Shown here one piece after another: positions 28,301 to 38,368 of a DNA stretch of 64,000 nt. The stretch covers positions 1-64,000 of the IMG/VR virus record IMGVR_UViG_3300037516_001127; one strand, given 5' to 3'. Within the stretch, counting starts at the first letter, position 1; every line of letters starts with the position of its first letter. The notes under the pieces were generated by a model. That model was not told the origin of the DNA. It ran no database searches and saw nothing but the letters and a program-made list of their open reading frames with translations. The stretch comes from a virus. Made by a program: the position numbers and the translations under genes.

Positions 28301-31300
28301 CAGATACGCTCCTTCCGCGAACGAGTCTTACGATTAATAATCGTCTCAACAGCACGAGCAATCTCCTCAGGAGAAGCATTCGGCCCTGCCGTAATATTAA
28401 AATTATACGTCCCAGAATTACCGATCATAGCCGGTGCCGTCGTCGGTGCGACTATAGGCATCGGGGTGTCACCAACGGGTGCGCCTGCCCCTGGGACCAC
28501 ATGCAGGTGTCTGCCACCGGCGTTGTGGAACTCGGCGAACCCACCGTTGTCTTGTGTGAGTTGTTGGTATGCTCCGAGGTTTTGTCCGGTTAGGTCGTAG
28601 GCGTTTCCTGTGGCGTGGTCGGAGTTTGGTGAGCCTAGGCCGTCTGTTCTGAGGCTGGAGATGACTGAGCGTTTCCCTGCGATACTGCCGTTTAGTTGGT
28701 TGTGTTTTGACATGGTTCTTTGAAGACGGCTACTTGAAGTATCGCCCTCAGGCCCAGTATATGCAGGATTTGGGAAGCCGTTTATGAATTGATATTGGCC
28801 TGCATCGTCCCTATTGCCGCTTTGCGCAAACCCCTGTGGTGACAAAGGAGCGATAACCCCAGCGCCTACCATGGCATTAAACCAACCAGGATTTCTTGTA
28901 TACCACTCAGGCGGATCAGCAAAACCCTCAGTTACCCCACTTTGAACAGCGTCATAAATTGCTTGGCTTTGAACATCAAGCTGCACTTTAAGAGCATCCG
29001 CAGCGGTCGCAGCAGTAGTAGAAACAGTATCCACCCCTAATGCTGCCAGCAAGTAATCTGCAGCAGTTTTAGCTTCTTCAGGGTTAGTCCCAGCATTAGT
29101 AGCAGCCGCAGCTTTTTGCTCATCTGTAAAACTTGCAGTAGCCATCAGGCCGCCCTTAGTGGCCTTTTCCAACTGCTCAGCTGTAGCACCCGCCAACCAT
29201 GTCTCAAGTTGCGCTTTACCCAAAACGCTAGTCGGAGCATTACCTGTTCGAGCTTCAAGCGCACCCGTAATTTGGGCTCTTGCAGCATCCACTTGAGATA
29301 CACGAAACTGATCGTTAACCGCAGCGTAAGCCTTGTTATTATCTTCTGTATTAAAATCTTGCTGCCGACCATACAAAGGACTATCAGGGTTGCTGAACTG
29401 CGGAGAATTAGGGCCCATCTGCTTCTTAAAATATTCTTGCGCAGCAAAAACATCATCAGGGAACAGGTTCATAGACTGCTCGGCTACAGTCTGCATAAAA
29501 GTCCTTGTCTGCTCAGCAGAAAGAGGCCCTTTAGTGTTACGAATATCTTCAGCACCCTGGTTTATGGCTTCTTGGGCTTTCGCAGGCGCAAAAACTTCAT
29601 CAAAGACTTTTGCGATACCTTCAAACGAAGCTTTACGCATAGATTCGTTTAACTCATCTATGGTTTTAGGTATAGCTAGGCCAAGTTTTTCCAAACCCGA
29701 TGTCGCTGTCATGCTAGCGTCGTAGAGGTTTAGGCCCATTGAGTCGGATAGTTTTATGATTTCGTCTTCAGTTTTTCCTGTAGCAGTGGACAGTTTGCTT
29801 ACGTTGAAATTGTATACACCGCCAAGTGCTTTTATTGCGTCTTCTGCATCTTTGGCAGCAAGTTTTTGTTTGTCTGAAAAGCTTTCAGCAGAGGCTTTAT
29901 CGTCTTGTCCTTCCGTTGCAACATCGGCGCTCAAACCTTGTGTTTGAAGAGCTTTACGGGTATCAGCCGTTATCAGATTTTTATCAACCATCGAATTAAG
30001 AAGAGCATCTCTTTCTGCTCTAAACTTTGCTTTATCATCTTTAAGAGATTTATCAAATTCTTTTCCGGCATTAACGATGTCATTATAAAGTTTAAGTTCT
30101 TCTTTTGTACCTGTATTTGCCTCGACCTTTGAGGCTGCTGTATTAATTTCATCTGCAGTAGCTCCTGTTTCTTTCTGGATTTGTGCTATCCGGTCAGTAT
30201 CCTCATTTTGTATACGACTTTGTAGCCCGCCGCCTTTGCCTTTATCGCCATAAAGCCGTGAATAAAAAGAGTTACCAGTTTTAGAAAACAGCTTATCAAA
30301 CTCGCTCTGCGCACCGATTTGACCTTGCAGCAGTTGTTCTGGAGTTTCCCTAGCGGCGACACCACCATAAACAGAACTCATATAAGAATTTTGTATACCA
30401 CCACGCCCAAGGGTATTTCGTTCTTTATAGCTTTTCTTATCATTAGAAGCGCCCATAGCGCCTCCACCTAGGCCACCAGCAACACCACCAATAATCGTAC
30501 CGATAATAGCACCGACAGCTGTGCCTGGCCCAGGGCCAAAAAGGCTACCAATCGTTGCCCCAGCGATGCCACCTGCAGTGGCACCACCAATAGCACCAGC
30601 AATAGCACCGCCCTTAGCAGTTTGAGCAGTCGCAGCAGTACCTATACCCGCCACAGCGGCACCCAAAAGAGGATTGCCAGTCATAGCGCCAACCATGCCA
30701 CCCGCCATCATCGAACCCTGAGCCTCTTCAGCCATAAATGGGGTAGCGGCCATCATCGCAAAAGGAGCAGCACCTCTAGCCGTATTGCCAGCAGAAGATC
30801 CAATGCCCCTAGCTTTAGCTGCCATCTGCTGCCCTTTACTAAGCGCTACAGTTTGTGGTGTCGGAGGAGTCCCCGCAGGCCCACCCCCCGTGAGACCAAG
30901 GCCACCACCCTGGCCTTTAGCAATATTAGATCCACTACCATTAACGTTAACAGTCGTAGCAGTAACAGTCATCGTCCCAGTAGTCGCAGAAGTAGCCCCA
31001 CCCCCAGGCCCCCCAGACCCAGGCATATTCATCGACTTACCCCGACCACCCCAAAAACTATAACCCTTACCCTTAGCAAAACTACTCTGAGACCCAACAC
31101 TCTTAACAGCCTGACGACCCAACAACAACGCAGCAATACCACCCATACCCTGCATCTGGTCCATAACACCACCAGACTTCTCACCAGGCCCCTTCTTCCC
31201 ACCAAAAAGAAGTTTCGCAACAGGACCAGCAATATCAACAATCTGCTTAGCAATATTAGCGATCATATTAGCGATCATTGTCAAAGCAGGCATAATGTCA

Positions 31301-32691
31301 ACCAGAATCTGCTTCATACCCTGGAACAACCGCTGCCCCTGAGCAAAAATCTTGCTAACAGCCTCACCAAAACCAACAAACTCGCTTCTATTATCAACAA
31401 GGATCGTACTCAAACTGCTTATTGATTCGCCAAAGCCACCAAAAATCTGAGAAAAAATCGGCGCAAAAGAGTCAATAATAACCTGGCCACCCTTTTTCAA
31501 AGGCTCAAGATAAGCAACAAAACTCCGGAAGCCGTCTCTTAGCCCGCCGCCCCACTCACCAATCTTCGACAAAAAACCTTCCGCTTTAGGTAAATACTTG
31601 CCAAAGAACGTGGCAGTCCAATCAATCAGTTTCCGTGAACCCTCAACGAGACCTTCGATAAAGGAACCTGAGTCGTAGGCACGCAAACTTGCGCCGATTC
31701 GCAGGAGACCGACACGCACAAAACCATAGATTTTATCAAGAGCGGTTTGGACACCAGGGAGGAAACTTTGCCCCATGTCGGCACCTAGGCTGAAAATTTT
31801 AGTTACATATCCTTTGAGTTGGCCGAACAAAGTGTTATTAACGCCGTCTAAGAGGCCGGTGACATTCTTGTTGAGTTTCCCTTCTTTCAAAGCAGTAAGG
31901 AATCCTTGTTCGGTAGTAGCGCCAAGCTTCTGGGCGTTCTTAATAGCGACCTCGAACTCGGAGCCGAGGTCACCAGCATTTTTGGCCATTTCCCCAGTGA
32001 TTTTGCCGTTCTTGCGGAGCTCGCCTAGGAACGTTCCGGCAGCTGCCATTCCTTTTTCCATGTCTCCAGAAGCGACAGCGAAGTCACCCATAGCTTTAAG
32101 AGACGCACCCATATCGCCGGTATAAGAAGCGCTTTTGGTGATACCTGAGAAAGCTGCGCTCACACCTTTCAAACCGAATACTGCAAGATCCGCATCGGAT
32201 TGGATGCTACGCAAACCGCCGATAGCCATCTGCTGCTTGTTGCCAAGAGCCCCAGCCTGATAGTTCACAGCGGCCATAGCACCCTGGTACTGGCGGTAGG
32301 CTGCAGCGCCTGTAGCGGCAGCAGCAGTGACGATAGCCATGGCACCAGCAACACCAGCAAGGGCAAACTGCCAGGCTTTAGCGGCATAGGCACCAACCTT
32401 AAAAGCCAGTGTGATTGCCACTAGCCCGGCTGCGGCGATAGCTGTTTGAGCGGCGAAAGCTTTAAATATAAACGCAACAGTTTTGTCTAGATAGTCAGCG
32501 AATTTGCCAATCAGTTTTCTGTTTGTTTTAAACGAGCTGCCAAGATTTTTATTTGACTTGTCAAGCTTGTTCGTGTCTTTTTCAAGCGCTTTCGCTTGAG
32601 TCCCCATAGCCGCCAACGCTGCTGATGTTTTTTCAAGGTCTTTGGTATTAGCGTCAATATCAATTTTGATATGAACTACTTCATCAGCCAT
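28300..32691 (-). CDS. Tape measure protein with a C-terminal M15-like peptidase motif
   Basis: 1463 aa, Ala/Gly-rich helical, with TM-like GxxxG segments; follows the chaperones; SDHATGNAYDL...HLHV near the C-terminus. Confidence 0.9.
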   Translation of the reverse strand: MADEVVHIKIDIDANTKDLEKTSAALAAMGTQAKALEKDTNKLDKSNKNLGSSFKTNRKLIGKFADYLDKTVAFIFKAFAAQTAIAAAGLVAITLAFKVGAYAAKAWQFALAGVAGAMAIVTAAAATGAAAYRQYQGAMAAVNYQAGALGNKQQMAIGGLRSIQSDADLAVFGLKGVSAAFSGITKSASYTGDMGASLKAMGDFAVASGDMEKGMAAAGTFLGELRKNGKITGEMAKNAGDLGSEFEVAIKNAQKLGATTEQGFLTALKEGKLNKNVTGLLDGVNNTLFGQLKGYVTKIFSLGADMGQSFLPGVQTALDKIYGFVRVGLLRIGASLRAYDSGSFIEGLVEGSRKLIDWTATFFGKYLPKAEGFLSKIGEWGGGLRDGFRSFVAYLEPLKKGGQVIIDSFAPIFSQIFGGFGESISSLSTILVDNRSEFVGFGEAVSKIFAQGQRLFQGMKQILVDIMPALTMIANMIANIAKQIVDIAGPVAKLLFGGKKGPGEKSGGVMDQMQGMGGIAALLLGRQAVKSVGSQSSFAKGKGYSFWGGRGKSMNMPGSGGPGGGATSATTGTMTVTATTVNVNGSGSNIAKGQGGGLGLTGGGPAGTPPTPQTVALSKGQQMAAKARGIGSSAGNTARGAAPFAMMAATPFMAEEAQGSMMAGGMVGAMTGNPLLGAAVAGIGTAATAQTAKGGAIAGAIGGATAGGIAGATIGSLFGPGPGTAVGAIIGTIIGGVAGGLGGGAMGASNDKKSYKERNTLGRGGIQNSYMSSVYGGVAARETPEQLLQGQIGAQSEFDKLFSKTGNSFYSRLYGDKGKGGGLQSRIQNEDTDRIAQIQKETGATADEINTAASKVEANTGTKEELKLYNDIVNAGKEFDKSLKDDKAKFRAERDALLNSMVDKNLITADTRKALQTQGLSADVATEGQDDKASAESFSDKQKLAAKDAEDAIKALGGVYNFNVSKLSTATGKTEDEIIKLSDSMGLNLYDASMTATSGLEKLGLAIPKTIDELNESMRKASFEGIAKVFDEVFAPAKAQEAINQGAEDIRNTKGPLSAEQTRTFMQTVAEQSMNLFPDDVFAAQEYFKKQMGPNSPQFSNPDSPLYGRQQDFNTEDNNKAYAAVNDQFRVSQVDAARAQITGALEARTGNAPTSVLGKAQLETWLAGATAEQLEKATKGGLMATASFTDEQKAAAATNAGTNPEEAKTAADYLLAALGVDTVSTTAATAADALKVQLDVQSQAIYDAVQSGVTEGFADPPEWYTRNPGWFNAMVGAGVIAPLSPQGFAQSGNRDDAGQYQFINGFPNPAYTGPEGDTSSSRLQRTMSKHNQLNGSIAGKRSVISSLRTDGLGSPNSDHATGNAYDLTGQNLGAYQQLTQDNGGFAEFHNAGGRHLHVVPGAGAPVGDTPMPIVAPTTAPAMIGNSGTYNFNITAGPNASPEEIARAVETIINRKTRSRKERI

Positions 32692-32729
32692 TAGACCTAC
32701 CCCCCATCAAAGGGTCAAAAGAATTTCTG

Positions 32730-32909
32730 CTATCTTTCATTACGCTTACGCTCAGCTTCAGAGTCAGCTGAAGTAACTTTAGCGCACGCTAAGAGTATAG
32801 CCCACTGTTCATAAGTGGTATCTAGTAGATCTAACGGATTGCACCCGTAGGCCTTAGCCAACCGAGCCGAAGTGATGATCCAAGGATGCTGCTGAAGCTC
32901 CCCAATCAC
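32730..32909 (-). CDS. Second tail assembly chaperone ORF (GT-like, -1 frame)
   Basis: Not in the track. Manual translation gives VIGELQQHPWIITSARLAKAYGCNPLDLL...AERKRNER*. It lies in the -1 frame relative to 32906..33436, between chaperone and tape measure. Confidence 0.7.
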   Translation of the reverse strand: MIGELQQHPWIITSARLAKAYGCNPLDLLDTTYEQWAILLACAKVTSADSEAERKRNER

Positions 32910-33436
32910 CTCACTGTAGGGTCCGCTTCCTCTTCCGAATTAACATCATCACCATACCCAGCACGATCCATAATCGCAAGAGCCGCAGCCTCAACGTGAG
33001 GATCAATACCAAAGAAAGCAATCACACAATCAGGAACAGGAACCTGCGTATCAGTCATCTCCAAAAGCTCACGAGAAGCAAAAGAAATCGAAGCACCCTC
33101 AGCGTTCGTCACTTCTTCACCACGCAAAAAGATACCAGTAGTCGTAGCCGCAATAACACGGGCAGCGAACTTCGTCGCATCCATGCCATCCTTAGTATTA
33201 TCACCAGCCTGCTTACGCCACTGCTTCATCTGCGACTGCTGAACATTCGGAGAAACCCGAACAGTAACACCAGGACGCTCAGGAACCTCAATAAAAACGT
33301 CCTGACGGCGGACATGCTTAGAAACAACTTCGCTCAACTGGTCAAGCAGATTCTGCTCAACAGTTTCCTCGACAGCTGCTTCCTCAGCCTTCTCAGGCTT
33401 AGGAGAAACAGAACCAAATTCGTATGTGTCATTCAT
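32906..33436 (-). CDS. Tail assembly chaperone (G-like)
   Basis: Acidic 176-aa ORF between tube and tape measure; ends ...DPTVR. Confidence 0.75.
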   Translation of the reverse strand: MNDTYEFGSVSPKPEKAEEAAVEETVEQNLLDQLSEVVSKHVRRQDVFIEVPERPGVTVRVSPNVQQSQMKQWRKQAGDNTKDGMDATKFAARVIAATTTGIFLRGEEVTNAEGASISFASRELLEMTDTQVPVPDCVIAFFGIDPHVEAAALAIMDRAGYGDDVNSEEEADPTVR

Positions 33437-33468
33437 GTGCAGAACTATATCAACAAGTTCTGCACATG
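33434..33468 (-). promoter_or_regulatory. 13-bp perfect inverted repeat enclosing a -10 box (TATAGT) and the chaperone ATG; probable leaderless promoter
   Basis: catgtgcagaact-atatcaaca-agttctgcacatg; the minus strand reads TATAGT-7nt-ATG with no SD. Confidence 0.65.
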
Positions 33469-33532
33469 TAAAGACCCGGTCAGGTAAAAATCTTGACGAC
33501 CAGGATACTTAGATCAAAAATGTTGTAGCATC

Positions 33533-34009
33533 TCAGATCGCAGTACCAGCAGTCGTCCGACCCGAAACTTCACTAACAGAGAACGTCAGAGAAAAAGTTG
33601 CAGGAGCCCCAGAAGAAGCATCACCCTCAGGCTCGGTCACACCAACCAGCAAAGCCAAAGGATACGCCCGCTCAGTACCAAAAACCTTCAAATCACAATT
33701 CAGATCATAAATGCTCAGATTGTAATAAACCGAACCAACCATCTGACGAACAAGCTTCAAAGCCTCACCATCACGATTCGGGTCATAATGACGAGTCATT
33801 GTCATGTCACCAATTTCAGCCGGAGCACAAAGTGTCTCAGGGAACTTAGCGCCACCGTCATAGACCTTTTCGACAGATGCGGTAATCTCGCCACCGGACA
33901 CCTGAGCAAAATAGCCATTAAACTTAGGACCCGTATTTGCAGCCGCCCCAGTTTTAGAAGTTGGTTCAATATCTGCGACAACCTGCCGCTGCGAAATCTT
34001 ATTTGACAT
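33533..34009 (-). CDS. Tail tube protein
   Basis: 158 aa after the sheath; FAQVSGGE...YDGG...GDMTMTR...EPEGDASSG..ATFSLTF; RBS GGAGG. Confidence 0.85.
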   Translation of the reverse strand: MSNKISQRQVVADIEPTSKTGAAANTGPKFNGYFAQVSGGEITASVEKVYDGGAKFPETLCAPAEIGDMTMTRHYDPNRDGEALKLVRQMVGSVYYNLSIYDLNCDLKVFGTERAYPLALLVGVTEPEGDASSGAPATFSLTFSVSEVSGRTTAGTAI

Positions 34010-34020
34010 TTTTCCTCCGG

Positions 34021-35490
34021 TCAGACAACGCTACTAGTCAAATTGGACTTGATTACATCAATTTCGATGCGATCCCCAACGCTGGACACACGGACACCGA
34101 CCTTAGCCTTCACGATGCCTTCAGCTAGTTGCGTAATTGGATTAAGCGCATCAGAAACCTCAACCGAATAACCTGCGTCGATTTGACGCCCGTCATCAGC
34201 GAAACCTTCATAAAGGCCACCAGCAGAACGGATCGGCTCAAGGATGTTGATTAGACGTGCCTCAACCCGACCGAACACTGAACGACGCCCATCGATAGTC
34301 GAAAACACGAGATCTTCAAGCGACCGATTAGCCTCAGAAGCAATATAGTTCAAAGTGTCACGAGCTGTGATGTACCGGAAATTATCGGCATCAGTCGAAG
34401 CTGAACGGGCACCATAGATCCGTACCGTGTTCTGAATGATGCGGATAGCGTTAATCCCAGCCTCATCAAGACTGTCTCCGAAAGGCTTAGGAGTCGCTAC
34501 AGAAATACCAGTCACAAAATTGCCGACCGAGATGATACCAGCAGCAGCCTGCCAAGCCCCATACTCGTTATGGGCCTTAGAACGCTTTGCCGCAACATAA
34601 CCCTCAGGAGGAATCGTAAGCGTAACCCCACCAGCAGCAGGAATTGTGACATACGGGTAATAGAAAGCCGCATTAGCACTATCCGGAAGTTCACGGACAG
34701 CAGCAATTGCGTTTTCAGCCTGTAGAACAGTTGTGAAGCTTGGATCGAGTCCCAAAAGAGCAATCCGGTTATTAACCGAACCATGCTCCAAGATCGCCTC
34801 GTAAACAGTTGCTGAAAACTGTCCAGGGATCGAAACAGCGCCAGCACCATAAGCGATATCGAACAGCTCAAGCGCATCAATATAATCCGCATCAACAAGA
34901 GCATCTTCGATTGGGTCAGCTTCCTCACCACCGTCAAGAGGAACTTCTGACACCTCAGCCAAAGTAGCTGAAGCATTCGAAGTGCTCGCAGTCACATAAA
35001 GCTTAGCGACCTGAGAAGTATTGATCTTCTCAGTAACCTGAGAAGCAGCAGTCACAAGATCAGTCGAATAGACAAGAATCCCATCGTCATAAAGACGAAC
35101 CGTGAACTTGCCTACAGAAGTCAACGAATCTGTAGAAGAAACCGTCAGGTTATCCGACCATGCGCCAGCATTTGCAGCCGTAAGCGTCAAAGCCGCCACG
35201 TCTTCATCGTCAAGCAGGTCAAGAACACCAACGTCTTGAGCGTTCGAAACACGAACAACATACGCCTGGGCCCCACCCTCCTCAAAGAAAGTCTGAAGCT
35301 GCTGGTACAAAGTGAAATTCACATCGTACCCGCCGTAAATCGATTTAAACGCTTCAAGCGAACGGACCATGCGGGCCACATCAAGTGGGCCACGCTTTGA
35401 AGTTCCGGCGACAAAAAATGTCGACGCAGGAGCGATGTTGGTTGCAGTGGGAGCACTGCGAACCGCGGTGTTAACGACTACACCCGGCAT
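34021..35490 (-). CDS. Tail sheath protein
   Basis: MPGVVV, KRGPL, FFEEGGAQAYVVRV, AFYYPYV, PPEGYVAA, GINAIR...IYGARS...FRYI. Confidence 0.95.
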   Translation of the reverse strand: MPGVVVNTAVRSAPTATNIAPASTFFVAGTSKRGPLDVARMVRSLEAFKSIYGGYDVNFTLYQQLQTFFEEGGAQAYVVRVSNAQDVGVLDLLDDEDVAALTLTAANAGAWSDNLTVSSTDSLTSVGKFTVRLYDDGILVYSTDLVTAASQVTEKINTSQVAKLYVTASTSNASATLAEVSEVPLDGGEEADPIEDALVDADYIDALELFDIAYGAGAVSIPGQFSATVYEAILEHGSVNNRIALLGLDPSFTTVLQAENAIAAVRELPDSANAAFYYPYVTIPAAGGVTLTIPPEGYVAAKRSKAHNEYGAWQAAAGIISVGNFVTGISVATPKPFGDSLDEAGINAIRIIQNTVRIYGARSASTDADNFRYITARDTLNYIASEANRSLEDLVFSTIDGRRSVFGRVEARLINILEPIRSAGGLYEGFADDGRQIDAGYSVEVSDALNPITQLAEGIVKAKVGVRVSSVGDRIEIDVIKSNLTSSVV

Positions 35491-35579
35491 AGACTTTCCT
35501 CCAACCTCATAGAATCGGCTACCTTAAGTTGAGGCATAGAGAGAGTTTACAGAGAGGCAACGATCTACAGTGTAGGTTA

Positions 35580-36188
35580 TTAAAAGTCTGGGTCAGCCGG
35601 TGTAGGCAAAGGCAAAGTTTCAATATCAAAAGATTCCAACTCGGCGATACCACGCCGAGAAACAGTCTCTTGCAAACTCAAATCATAACCAAGATAAGCC
35701 CCAGCCATAACCCGCTCACCTTTCAAAGGAGTCAGATCAGACCACTCCTCCGTAAGAGAACCCTCTTCCAACAAAACATCCCTATCTTCAGTATCAGCAT
35801 AAGTTAAACACGGGTAATCCAAAAGAGCGGACCGCACCACCGTCGTCAAATTATCTCGGGTTTTAGTACAGATCTCAGGACTATCACCACGACACCAAAT
35901 GTAAGTACGAGTAGAATAAGTGACCTTATAAATAGGGTCACCATCCATCTCATAATCAGAACGCAAAAACGTCTTAGTGCTTGTCACGATTGTATGAATT
36001 GAAGGCCAGGCGTCAATAGCGACCGGCTCATAATCAAGATATTTGACAGGCTCAGGGAGCAACTCATCATCAAGATTCCAGGCGTTACGATACAACTGCA
36101 ATCTGCTAGGCAGATCCGCTTGAAGATAACTCGTAACAAATTCCTTTGCCACACGAGGGCCTTGCATAGGTGACCATTCAATAGTCAT
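35580..36188 (-). CDS. Tail terminator/neck protein
   Basis: Position immediately upstream of the sheath; size 202 aa. Confidence 0.55.
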   Translation of the reverse strand: MTIEWSPMQGPRVAKEFVTSYLQADLPSRLQLYRNAWNLDDELLPEPVKYLDYEPVAIDAWPSIHTIVTSTKTFLRSDYEMDGDPIYKVTYSTRTYIWCRGDSPEICTKTRDNLTTVVRSALLDYPCLTYADTEDRDVLLEEGSLTEEWSDLTPLKGERVMAGAYLGYDLSLQETVSRRGIAELESFDIETLPLPTPADPDF

Positions 36189-36622
36189 GTATGAAACAGT
36201 CCCCCTCTAACAATGTGGCTTGCAGCGGCCTCTCCTACTTGTTTAGCAAACCCGGCAGGTTCAAAAACAACCTTGCGTTTAGCCATCTTCGTAGTCCCAT
36301 ACTGGTGAAACTTCGCATACTCCACATTAGTTCCAAATGTCGCAGATTGCGGTCCGATCACATTAGGGGGACCCGACAGTGTCGAAAGCGAAGAAAAAAG
36401 TTTTCCTGTTCGACGCATAATCGGCCAGGCGTAACGATCTTTACGAGGGCTCCACCCGCCAGAAGGAAGCCCACTCGAAGTAAAATTCTCGGCATTAGAT
36501 AACGCCAATAACCCTTTAGCGTAACCAAAAACGCCGACATAGCTTACAGACCTGGCTTTCATCAAAGCCAAATACTCTTCTGGTTTAGCCGCATCGTATT
36601 CAACTTTTATCGATAGGTCCAT
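36185..36622 (-). CDS. Virion morphogenesis/tail completion protein (Mu gpG / P2 gpS-like)
   Basis: RTGKLFSSL...GTNVEYAKFHQYGT..MAKR. Confidence 0.8.
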   Translation of the reverse strand: MDLSIKVEYDAAKPEEYLALMKARSVSYVGVFGYAKGLLALSNAENFTSSGLPSGGWSPRKDRYAWPIMRRTGKLFSSLSTLSGPPNVIGPQSATFGTNVEYAKFHQYGTTKMAKRKVVFEPAGFAKQVGEAAASHIVRGGLFHT

Positions 36623-36624
36623 TA

Positions 36625-37278
36625 TCAGATCTGCTTCCGACGGAACCTATCCACAGATTTCAATTCAGCCTCAGTAAACCCAGTACTCATAGGAGACACA
36701 TCTTTAGGGTTCAAATCCTTAATACCGACAACATCATCATGCATATTCTGGGCTTCACGCGAAGCAGCACGAAGAATCAACAATTTGAAAATCTTATTGC
36801 TAGGCCCATCCAAACCAGCAACATAAGTTACCGTCACCAGATCATTAGACCAAACATTATAAAGATCAATCCCGAAACGTGAATCAATGTAATCAACGCC
36901 AGGTATCTGAGCTACCGCAGAGGCACCCAACGATTCGGGAGTCACGCTTGCCCCAATGACAGACAGGACTGGGGTATTGCGGAAATAGACTGTTACTGGG
37001 GGGCTTAGTAGCTGGGCCGGTGATTGCACTGCAGAAGTTTGCCCACCATAGGGGCCAGTAGGTCCAAGCCCGTACAGGGTTATAGAACCTAACGGTAAAG
37101 GTTCCTCAGTTAGTGACAGCCGGTACGTTTCAGTGAACTCGGTTATCTCAAGAGGTTTCCCTATAAAAGATTCGAGTTCAGACTGCAAACCTTCAAGGAT
37201 GTAACCAGCAGCAATTTTTTGCCTATTAGAAAAGGCAACATCCATATAGTTTTGGAGGTCTTCGACCTCTACAAGCAT
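36625..37278 (-). CDS. Head-tail adaptor
   Basis: MLVEVEDLQNYM...PVLSV...VTVTYVAG...GFTEAELKSVDRFRR. Confidence 0.7.
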   Translation of the reverse strand: MLVEVEDLQNYMDVAFSNRQKIAAGYILEGLQSELESFIGKPLEITEFTETYRLSLTEEPLPLGSITLYGLGPTGPYGGQTSAVQSPAQLLSPPVTVYFRNTPVLSVIGASVTPESLGASAVAQIPGVDYIDSRFGIDLYNVWSNDLVTVTYVAGLDGPSNKIFKLLILRAASREAQNMHDDVVGIKDLNPKDVSPMSTGFTEAELKSVDRFRRKQI

Positions 37279-37292
37279 GTCAGTCCTAGGTT

Positions 37293-37718
37293 CTAGCGAC
37301 GACGGCTACGGCGACCGGTACTAACTCCGCCTGCAGCTGCACGAAGGGCGCGAGCGGCACCACGGCGAAGCCGGTTAACGACACTAGGCCTACGACTTGA
37401 AGCCCTGTTTGTGTTAGGGGCAGCAGCAGTGCCTCCAGATGGTGTGGCTGCTCGCCTTGCAGCTGCAGCCCTAGCCTCACCACGCTGAATCCTGCCAGCA
37501 CCAGTGTTAGTCACACCAGCGCGAGCCAAACGCTCATCACGGCGGGCAAGACCCCTGCGACGTGAACGCTCATTCTCAACAAAGTTAAGACGGTCACGAA
37601 GACGCCGACGGGGGCGTGTAGGACGAGGATTGCGGCTAACAGTCAAATTTTCAGTCCGGCTAGGACGCTCAGACAACTCTGTATCCCTTGTATCCACCGG
37701 ATCAATTTTACAAATCAT
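37293..37718 (-). CDS. Highly Arg-rich basic protein, ~141 aa
   Basis: ATG 37718 follows GGGAG; RPRRRLRDR, RSRRRG, RRSRRR*; lies in-strand just before the adaptor. Confidence 0.6.
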   Translation of the reverse strand: MICKIDPVDTRDTELSERPSRTENLTVSRNPRPTRPRRRLRDRLNFVENERSRRRGLARRDERLARAGVTNTGAGRIQRGEARAAAARRAATPSGGTAAAPNTNRASSRRPSVVNRLRRGAARALRAAAGGVSTGRRSRRR

Positions 37719-37825
37719 AAAAACTCCCAAAATTTTATGCGACAGCCAATAACACGCCACACATAACCGGACTAAGGCTAAAAGCAAACTTTACTGCCAA
37801 AAAGGGTTACCATAGTTGAGGTTCC

Positions 37826-38368
37826 CTACTTATCAGCATTAGGCGGCCTCTCAATAACCGGAATCACAGAAGTCGCACCAGCCGGAGCCTCAACAGGAAT
37901 CCACGCCGGAGAATAAGAATAATCCGCAATATTACGCTTTTTAAACAAAGTGCCATCCATCAAAAGCTCAAACTCATCAGACGACATGCGAAGCAAAACC
38001 TTCAACTCGCCATCATCCCACCTACCAGACCTAACGAGCTTTTGAACCAGACGAGAAATCTGCTTAGCATGAGGAACACCCCTAGAGCGGTTCACACGCA
38101 AATGCATAGCCATAGCTTCGATCTCATCAACATCAACAATCTGCACAGGCACATACTCGCCCAGAACTTTACGAACCTTCTTAGAATCAGCAATTTGCAA
38201 ACGATAATTGCCATCTATAACAGTCCCATCCGGCATGGCGATAATAGGCTGAAGCCACCCATATTCGATTAGCGAATCCGTTAACAAACGGACATCCGGG
38301 CGCAAAATGTAATTTGCACGCCACGAAGGCGACTTGAGCGAACTTATAGGCATCGAAACAATATTCAT
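37826..38368 (-). CDS. ParB/Srx-like protein (IbrB-like)
   Basis: L.DSL.EYGWLQPII...VIDGNYRL...NRSRG; ATGA overlap with the IbrA-like gene. Confidence 0.8.
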   Translation of the reverse strand: MNIVSMPISSLKSPSWRANYILRPDVRLLTDSLIEYGWLQPIIAMPDGTVIDGNYRLQIADSKKVRKVLGEYVPVQIVDVDEIEAMAMHLRVNRSRGVPHAKQISRLVQKLVRSGRWDDGELKVLLRMSSDEFELLMDGTLFKKRNIADYSYSPAWIPVEAPAGATSVIPVIERPPNADK

